Source: Verrucomicrobiota bacterium (GTDB taxonomy: Bacteria > Verrucomicrobiota > Verrucomicrobiia > Chthoniobacterales > UBA6821). From it: a stretch of 32,000 nt of DNA. Under the pieces are notes generated by a model. It saw only the letters and a program-made list of their open reading frames with translations, searched no databases and was not told where the DNA came from. The stretch is taken from the NCBI GenBank assembly GCA_008932965.1, contig WBXG01000009.1:1-32000 (forward strand). The letters run 5' to 3'. A program made the translations under genes and the position numbers. Position 1 is the first letter of the stretch. The number at the start of each line of letters is the position of its first letter. Positions 26,352 through 32,000 of this stretch are shown piece after piece.

Positions 26352-27656
26352 ATGAGTAGCTTTTCTCCTCTCTCTCCACCGCCTTCCTTTTCTGGACTCG
26401 ACTGGCTCTTCACGCAGCAAAAGAGCGGTATTTCTCGAGACCTCGATGCTATTACTGCTCTCCTGAAAGTTTTGGGTAATCCCGAAAAAAAATTTCCTGT
26501 CTTTCATATTGCTGGGACAAATGGAAAAGGTTCTGTTTCCGCATTTGCAGCCTCACTTTTAAAGGCTGCTGGGGTACGTGTTGGTCTTTATACGTCTCCG
26601 CATTTAATCGATTTTCGAGAACGTATCCAGCTTGAAGGAAGACTCATTTCTCCTGAGGATCTCGAAAGTGGGATAAGAAGACTTCAAGCAGCAACACAGA
26701 CATGGCCTCTGCTACCTACGTTCTTTGAACTGACAACAGCTCTTGCCTTTGATTATTTTGCACTTCAGGAATGTGATGTTGTTGTTTTAGAGACGGGTCT
26801 AGGAGGAAGACTCGATGCAACCAATCTAGCAGAAAAAAAAATAGCCTGTGCAATGACCCCGATCAGTCTAGACCATCAAGAATGGCTTGGCTCTAAGCTT
26901 GTAGATATTGCTCGAGAAAAAGCAGGGATCATGCGTCAGGGAGTTCCTCTTGTGACTTCCCTGCAGCCAAAAGAAGCCATGACTCTCTTGAATAAGGAAG
27001 CGCTTCGGTTGGATGTTCCTATAGTAAGAATTCGTGAGCCACTTTCTAAGAGTGTCTCATTAGGTCTGATCGGTCCTCATCAACGTTGGAATGCAGCCCT
27101 AGCTCTTAGACTTGTAGAACAAGGTCCATGGAAACTTTCTCAAAGGAGTCAACACGAAGGATTCCAGTCTGTTTTCTGGCCCGGACGATTCCAACGTATT
27201 CTAGTAAAAAAAGACCAAGGATTTCTATTATCGAGCTTTATTAATGGGGAGCAGCAAGAAATTATTGTGGATGGAGCCCATAATCCTGCAGCAATCAAGC
27301 AACTTGTCATAACGTGGAAAGAGCAATTTCCTCATCAACAATGCACCCTGATTTTTGGAGCACTCAGTGATAAGGATTGGAAAAGCATGCTTTCCTTATT
27401 GGAACCGATTACCTCAGAGATGATTTTGGTTCCTGTCTCTTCTACTAGAGCTGTTGCTCCTGATGAAATAAGGAGGTTTTTTCCTAATGCGAGGACTGTT
27501 CCATCACTCCAAGAGGCTTTCATAAAAAAAAATGGAAAAGACTTGCTTCTTAAAAGTGGGTGCCGTGCTCCTATTTTACTTACGGGATCACTCTTTCTCG
27601 TTGGTGAGGCACTTTCTCTCTTGCAGGGGAGGGAGTACCATCCTTCAACTCAGTAG
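26352..27656 (+). CDS. folC: Bifunctional folylpolyglutamate synthase / dihydrofolate synthase
   Basis: Mur-ligase P-loop HIAGTNGKGSV, YTSPHL, ETGLGGRLDATN, DGAHNPAA. The position downstream of accD is a well-known conserved pairing. Confidence 0.88.
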   Translation: MSSFSPLSPPPSFSGLDWLFTQQKSGISRDLDAITALLKVLGNPEKKFPVFHIAGTNGKGSVSAFAASLLKAAGVRVGLYTSPHLIDFRERIQLEGRLISPEDLESGIRRLQAATQTWPLLPTFFELTTALAFDYFALQECDVVVLETGLGGRLDATNLAEKKIACAMTPISLDHQEWLGSKLVDIAREKAGIMRQGVPLVTSLQPKEAMTLLNKEALRLDVPIVRIREPLSKSVSLGLIGPHQRWNAALALRLVEQGPWKLSQRSQHEGFQSVFWPGRFQRILVKKDQGFLLSSFINGEQQEIIVDGAHNPAAIKQLVITWKEQFPHQQCTLIFGALSDKDWKSMLSLLEPITSEMILVPVSSTRAVAPDEIRRFFPNARTVPSLQEAFIKKNGKDLLLKSGCRAPILLTGSLFLVGEALSLLQGREYHPSTQ

Positions 27657-27700
27657 TTATCATTTGCGAAGACCTAGTAGGAGAGAGTCAACTTTTTTAA

Positions 27701-27789
27701 TGACACTTTTCATTCTTCTTCTGCTTGCGCTCAATGCCGAAGGATGCAAAATTAATACTTTCTAAAAATTCAGGTATGAAATATCCGGG
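27701..27789 (+). repeat. MITE-family copy M12 (short, degenerate left half, intact right tip)
   Basis: TTAA-tgacacttttcattcttcttctgcttgcgctcaatgccgaaggatgc...caggtatgaaatatccggg-TTAA. The left half aligns only loosely with the consensus. Confidence 0.5.
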
Positions 27790-27913
27790 TTAACCCACTA
27801 ATAGTGAAAAAAATCTTCATTCATCTATATCTGGTGTTTTTAAATTAAAAATTTTAAATATTTTATTTTCTCACATCGCGAAAAATAAAAGCTTTGAAAA
27901 TGAGTCACCACTC

Positions 27914-30778
27914 TTGAACCCTTCCTCGTTAACTAACATTACATCATTCCTTCCAATGAATAGCCCACTCCCTCTACACGCTCTTGATCCACTCTCTGAC
28001 AAAAAATTTTCTGTTCGCAAACGCGATGGTCGAACTGAAATTTTTAATGAAGAACGTATTCGTCTTGCTATTGAAGGAGCTTTTAAAGCAGAGCGTCATC
28101 TTACCCCTGATGCTCCTCTCTCCATAGATGACAAAGAGGCTATCTCAAACATTAATAATGCTGTTGTAGAGCGTTTGTTAGCACGAGCTGTACAAGGTGA
28201 AGAGCTCGAGATCGAATTAATTCAAGATACCGTAGAAGTGGCATTAATGAAGCATGGCCACCATGATATAGCTCGACGTTACATTATTTACCGTGAAGAT
28301 CGTCGCAAAGCGCGTGCTTTGAATGCTCCTTCTGGAGATACAGCATCACTACCCCAAGTAAGCTTGCCAGATGGTCGCCGCAAGACTCTCGAGCCACAAC
28401 GCATTAGACGCACCATCATTCGTGCCTGTCGTGGATATGAGGATCGTTGTCAAATGCGTGAAATGGCCGATGAAGTTCTCAAAAATCTTTACGATGGAGT
28501 TCGCTTAGATGAGATTGAAAAAGCGATGATCTTTTCGGCCAAAACACGCATTGAGAAAGATCCTGCTTATGGCTACGTAACAGCACGTCTTCTCCTGGAG
28601 TCGATCTATCGCGAGGTGATTCCAGGCTTTAAGCATTACCATGATCTTGCTCAGGCCCATAAGGTTCATTTTGAAGCCTATTTAGAACATGGTGTTCGTG
28701 AAAAGCGCCTTTCTCCTGTGTTACTCGATTTTGACTTAAAGTGCCTTGCTGCTGCACTCGCACCAGAGCGTGATTTGCAATTTAACTATATGGGAATTCA
28801 AACAATTTATGATCGTTATCTTATCCATGTTGGAGGGCATCGTATCGAGACTCCTCAATATTTTTGGATGCGTGTTGCCATGGGCTTAGCTATTAACGAA
28901 GGAGAAAAAAAGAATGAACGTGCCTTGGAATTCTATCATCTTCTCTCTTCCTTTCTTTTTACTTCATCAACACCGACCTTGTTTAATGCAGGGACCTTAC
29001 ATCCTCAGCTCAGTTCGTGTTATCTCACTACAGTGATGGATGATCTCGATCATATTTTTAAATGTGTTGCAGATGATGCTAAACTTTCCAAATGGGCCGG
29101 TGGTCTAGGCAATGACTGGACTAATGTTCGTGCAAGTGGCTCCTTAATCAAAGGAACCAATGGGGAGAGCCAGGGGGTCATTCCTTTCCTGAAAGTTGCC
29201 AACGATACAGCAGTAGCCGTCAATCAAGGTGGTAAGCGCAAAGGAGCTATGTGTGCTTACCTCGAAACATGGCACCTTGATGTAGAAGATTTTCTTGAAT
29301 TGCGTAAAAATGTCGGCGATGAGCGTCGTCGGACCCATGATATGAATACCGCTAACTGGATTCCTGATCTTTTCATGAAAAGAGTGCAGCAAAATGCTTC
29401 ATGGACACTCTTTAGCCCAAGTGATGTGACCGATCTTCACGACCTTTATGGTGCCGCTTTTGAAGCACGTTATGAAGCCTATGAAGCCATGGTTGATAAT
29501 GGAAGGATGACTCATTTTAAACGTGTTGAAGCGCTTGCTTTATGGCGTAAAATGTTATCGATGGTTTTTGAAACTGGCCACCCATGGATTACCTTTAAAG
29601 ATCCTTCGAACGTACGCTCTCCTCAAGATCACGTTGGTGTTGTTCATAGTTCCAATCTTTGTACAGAAATATTACTTAATACTTCAGAAGAAGAGACAGC
29701 TGTCTGTAACCTAGGATCCATCAACTTGCCTCTTCATACCAATAAAGAGGGCCTTGATCTTCCTCTTCTAGATAAAACAATCACAACAGCAATGCGCATG
29801 CTCGATAATGTGATTGACATCAATTATTACCCTACCAAAGAGGCTAAAAATGCTAATATGCGTCATCGACCAGTAGGTCTAGGTATTATGGGCTTCCAAG
29901 ATGCGCTCTACAAAATGAAAATGAGCTATGCAAGTCAGGAAGCTGTTGAGTTTGCCGATCATAGCATGGAAGCGATCTCCTATTACGCTATTTTAGCATC
30001 TTCAAAACTTGCTATGCAAAGAGGTTCCTACGAAACTTTTTCTGGTTCGAAATGGGATCGAGGACTTCTTCCACTTGACACCATCGACTTTCTTGAAAAA
30101 GAACGTGGCTTGCCCATTAAGATGGATCGCTCTTCCGCCCTGAATTGGGATTTAGTACGTAAATCGATTCGTCAACATGGAATGCGTAATAGTAATTGCA
30201 TGGCCATTGCTCCTACCGCAACGATTTCTAATATTACGGGTATTTCCCAATCTATTGAACCAACCTTTAAAAACCTTTTTGCTAAAGGGAATCTTAGCGG
30301 TGATTTTACGGTAATTAACGAATATCTTGTGGAGGATCTAAAAAAACTAGACCTTTGGGATGCTTCTATGATTGAGGAATTGAAATATATGGATGGATCG
30401 ATTCAAGAAATTGAGCGCATTCCTCGAGCTCTTCGTGAAATTTATCGGACTGCTTTTGAAATTGAGCCCTACTGGTATGTAGAATGTGCAAGTCGTCGTC
30501 AAAAGTGGATCGATATGGGGCAGTCATTGAACCTTTATATTGCAGCTCCTAACGGTCGAAAATTACACGAAATGTATATGCATGCCTGGGAGAGTGGTTT
30601 GAAAACAACCTATTATTTGAGATCTGTTGCCGCAAACACGATTGAAAAAACAACACTACAGTCACGTCCCCGTTGGGCAAGTGAAGGGAAAGCAGAGGAG
30701 GATGCTCCTGTTGAAGAAATCAAAGCTTGTAGTTTGGAGGCAAGGATGAGGGGCGAGGAATGTGAAGCCTGCCAATAG
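27914..30778 (+). CDS. nrdA: Class I ribonucleotide reductase alpha subunit with N-terminal ATP-cone
   Basis: ATP-cone [20 protein letters not shown], catalytic SNLCTEI, NLGSINL, and a C-terminal redox Cys pair CEAC. The start may be ATG 27956 rather than TTG 27914. No nrdB is adjacent. Confidence 0.9.
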   Translation: MNPSSLTNITSFLPMNSPLPLHALDPLSDKKFSVRKRDGRTEIFNEERIRLAIEGAFKAERHLTPDAPLSIDDKEAISNINNAVVERLLARAVQGEELEIELIQDTVEVALMKHGHHDIARRYIIYREDRRKARALNAPSGDTASLPQVSLPDGRRKTLEPQRIRRTIIRACRGYEDRCQMREMADEVLKNLYDGVRLDEIEKAMIFSAKTRIEKDPAYGYVTARLLLESIYREVIPGFKHYHDLAQAHKVHFEAYLEHGVREKRLSPVLLDFDLKCLAAALAPERDLQFNYMGIQTIYDRYLIHVGGHRIETPQYFWMRVAMGLAINEGEKKNERALEFYHLLSSFLFTSSTPTLFNAGTLHPQLSSCYLTTVMDDLDHIFKCVADDAKLSKWAGGLGNDWTNVRASGSLIKGTNGESQGVIPFLKVANDTAVAVNQGGKRKGAMCAYLETWHLDVEDFLELRKNVGDERRRTHDMNTANWIPDLFMKRVQQNASWTLFSPSDVTDLHDLYGAAFEARYEAYEAMVDNGRMTHFKRVEALALWRKMLSMVFETGHPWITFKDPSNVRSPQDHVGVVHSSNLCTEILLNTSEEETAVCNLGSINLPLHTNKEGLDLPLLDKTITTAMRMLDNVIDINYYPTKEAKNANMRHRPVGLGIMGFQDALYKMKMSYASQEAVEFADHSMEAISYYAILASSKLAMQRGSYETFSGSKWDRGLLPLDTIDFLEKERGLPIKMDRSSALNWDLVRKSIRQHGMRNSNCMAIAPTATISNITGISQSIEPTFKNLFAKGNLSGDFTVINEYLVEDLKKLDLWDASMIEELKYMDGSIQEIERIPRALREIYRTAFEIEPYWYVECASRRQKWIDMGQSLNLYIAAPNGRKLHEMYMHAWESGLKTTYYLRSVAANTIEKTTLQSRPRWASEGKAEEDAPVEEIKACSLEARMRGEECEACQ

Positions 30779-30818
30779 AAACTTTTTATCTCATTAATGT
30801 TATACTGAGATCATCCCT

Positions 30819-30998
30819 GCCCGGATATTTCATACCAATCATCTGTGGAGACCTGAAAGCTAGGGTCAATGCTACGTTAGATTCACATTTTGACTTGGGC
30901 GGTAGGAACTCTACTAACCAGCGTCAAAATGCTCGCCTGCTATACCCCATTACCCCTTCGCTGCCTCCTTGTCACACGATGAGCTCAAGTATCTAGTC
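30819..30998 (+). mobile_element. MITE-like element copy M13 (left end intact, right end decayed)
   Basis: gcccggatatttcataccaatc ... cttcgctgcctccttgtcacacgatgagctcaagtatctagtc followed by TA. It ends 21 nt before the aroD ATG. Confidence 0.75.
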
Positions 30999-31018
30999 TA
31001 AGCTCCTATCGGCATTCC

Positions 31019-32000
31019 ATGAGTACTCCTTTTATCGTTGGCACATTGCATTCTAAGGAATGTCTTAGAATGCTAACACATCACTTTCATACTGATTCTG
31101 TTACGACTTGTAAAAATATGATCGATAGAGCATCAGGCTTAACCCGGATATTTCATACTGATCTACTAAGGAAGCCGGGAAGCCAGATGGATGCTGTGTT
31201 GAGCTCGAAGTCTTCCTCGGGCAGTATGTACTCATACAGCCGTCGTCAGACTTCATCACTCGCCTTGCCCCATCAGCCGTCACGGCCTCCTCGTCACGAT
31301 CAGTATGAAATATCCGGGTTAAACTTTTCCTCGAAAGGTATGAAAAATACAGCCATCCTCGAAGACCACAGCCTTCCTTCTCTTCATCAGCCTTCGCAGC
31401 CTCCTCGTCACAATCAATGTGAAATATTCGGGCTCAAGAAAAGTCCTAGAGAACTCTTTGATGGAATTGATCTCTTAGAAGCTCGTCTGGATTCATTACC
31501 TCTTTCTCTATTGCCCTCATTATGGCCCCTTCCAGTGATTGCCACAGCACGTCATCCTGCTGAAGGTGGCGTTTCTCATCATACCACATTACAACGGCAA
31601 CATCTGCTAGAAGAGTCTCTTTCGTGGGCTTGTGCCATCGATATCGAATTACGTTCTATGAAGCACATGAAATCATTAATAGAAAATGCAAAAAAAGAAA
31701 AACGTTTCATCATCTCCTCCTTTCATGATTTCAAGACTGTTCCCTCTTTGTCTCGTTTGAATCAGATGGCCTTGCGTGCTTACGATGCAGGGGCTGATCT
31801 TTTCAAAGTAGCTTGTACGATTCATCATGAAGAGGAGCTGATACGCTTACTTGCTTTTCAACTCATGATGCCAACTCATTTTCCAATCGCATGCATGGGG
31901 ATGGGGGAGGGAGGGAAGCTCTCACGAATACTTCTACCACTCTGCGGATCTTGGCTTAGCTACGGGTGGCTTTATAAACCTCAACTCCATGGACAATGGT
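31019..32000 (+). CDS. aroD: Type I 3-dehydroquinate dehydratase, 3'-truncated by the window edge, carrying ~350 nt of in-frame repeat-element sequence
   Basis: It is not in the ORF track because it has no stop in the window. My translation from ATG 31019 is open to 32000. It reads MSTPFIVGTLHSKECLRMLTHH, then about 117 repeat-derived codons, then KKSPRELFDGIDLLEARLDSLP...VIATARHPAEGG...AIDIEL...FIISSFHDFKTVP...GADLFKVAC...IACMGMGEGGKLSRIL. These are AroD motifs and include the catalytic His (SFHDF) and Schiff-base Lys (FKVA) contexts. Confidence 0.75.
   Translation, partial: MSTPFIVGTLHSKECLRMLTHHFHTDSVTTCKNMIDRASGLTRIFHTDLLRKPGSQMDAVLSSKSSSGSMYSYSRRQTSSLALPHQPSRPPRHDQYEISGLNFSSKGMKNTAILEDHSLPSLHQPSQPPRHNQCEIFGLKKSPRELFDGIDLLEARLDSLPLSLLPSLWPLPVIATARHPAEGGVSHHTTLQRQHLLEESLSWACAIDIELRSMKHMKSLIENAKKEKRFIISSFHDFKTVPSLSRLNQMALRAYDAGADLFKVACTIHHEEELIRLLAFQLMMPTHFPIACMGMGEGGKLSRILLPLCGSWLSYGWLYKPQLHGQW
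31084..31139 (+). repeat. MITE-family fragment M14 (internally deleted or degenerate) inside aroD
   Basis: ctttcatactgattctgttacgacttg resembles the left end (tttcataccgattctgctgcggcttg). The remainder is only weakly like a right end. Confidence 0.45.
31142..31319 (+). mobile_element. MITE-like element copy M15 (178 bp, best-preserved copy, 22-bp perfect TIR) inside aroD
   Basis: acccggatatttcatactgatc ... gatcagtatgaaatatccgggt are perfect 22-bp inverted repeats. It is flanked by TA (TTAA) at 31140-41 and 31320-21. Length plus one TA is 180 bp, or 60 codons. Confidence 0.95.
31323..31433 (+). repeat. MITE-family copy M16 (5'-truncated, right ~110 bp) inside aroD, directly after M15
   Basis: acttttcctcgaaaggtatgaaaaatacagcc...catcagccttcgcagcctcctcgtcacaatcaatgtgaaatattcgggc aligns with the M15 interior and right end. 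Confidence 0.8.

Noticed and set aside
31101-31283. Track ORF 31101..31283 (-), 60 aa
   Set aside because: It lies inside repeat copy M15, antisense to the open aroD frame. It is a by-product of the element's stop-free reverse frame.
4420-31433. Could the recurring repeats be a CRISPR array or CRISPR remnants?
   Set aside because: The repeats are 126-260 bp with terminal inverted repeats. They are scattered kilobases apart between and inside genes, with no regular 25-40 bp repeat/spacer periodicity and no cas genes.
4420-31433. REP/REPIN (RAYT-mobilised) or IS200/IS605-type ssDNA element interpretation
   Set aside because: Those elements lack long terminal inverted repeats and TA duplications, and rely on short subterminal hairpins. 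Here there are 20-22 bp TIRs flanked by TA. This cannot be fully excluded without finding the cognate transposase.

Overview
This is an AT-rich (about 40% GC by eye) bacterial chromosomal segment made almost entirely of housekeeping genes. In order: uvrA (partial), an HU/IHF-type protein, malQ, two secreted hypotheticals, dnaG-rpoD, a coiled-coil/TPR protein, an OprB-type porin, a lipoprotein, two transporters, tRNA-Val(GAC), dnaE, coaX, a yqjE/yqjK-like membrane pair, accD-folC, nrdA and aroD (partial). I see no rRNA, CRISPR array, transposase, integrase or recognisable toxin/defence genes. The taxon cannot be fixed without a database search. The unusual content is a single MITE-like repeat family, present in at least 16 copies or fragments (roughly 2 kb, about 6-7% of the window by my hand count). 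It has no coding capacity of its own. Copies run from about 126 to 260 bp. The terminal inverted repeats are RCCCGGATATTTCATACYGAT ... ATCRGTATGAAATATCCGGGY, flanked by TA (often TTAA or CTAG). Copies occupy most intergenic gaps. Four sit exactly on stop codons, so that the flanking TA plus the first element base (A or G) forms TAA or TAG. One supplies the last six codons and the stop of dnaE. Two insertion sites appear to be read through in frame inside coding sequence: about 350 nt in the 5' part of aroD and 177 nt in the 5' part of a 689-codon ORF. This resembles the in-frame palindromic elements known from Rickettsia. Secondary observations are a Lys/Pro/Ser-rich histone-H1-like N-terminal extension on sigma-70, a large lineage-specific secreted ORF, and weak candidate NrdR boxes upstream of nrdA. 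All repeat alignments were done by eye. Copy number, novelty and expression need computation or experiment.
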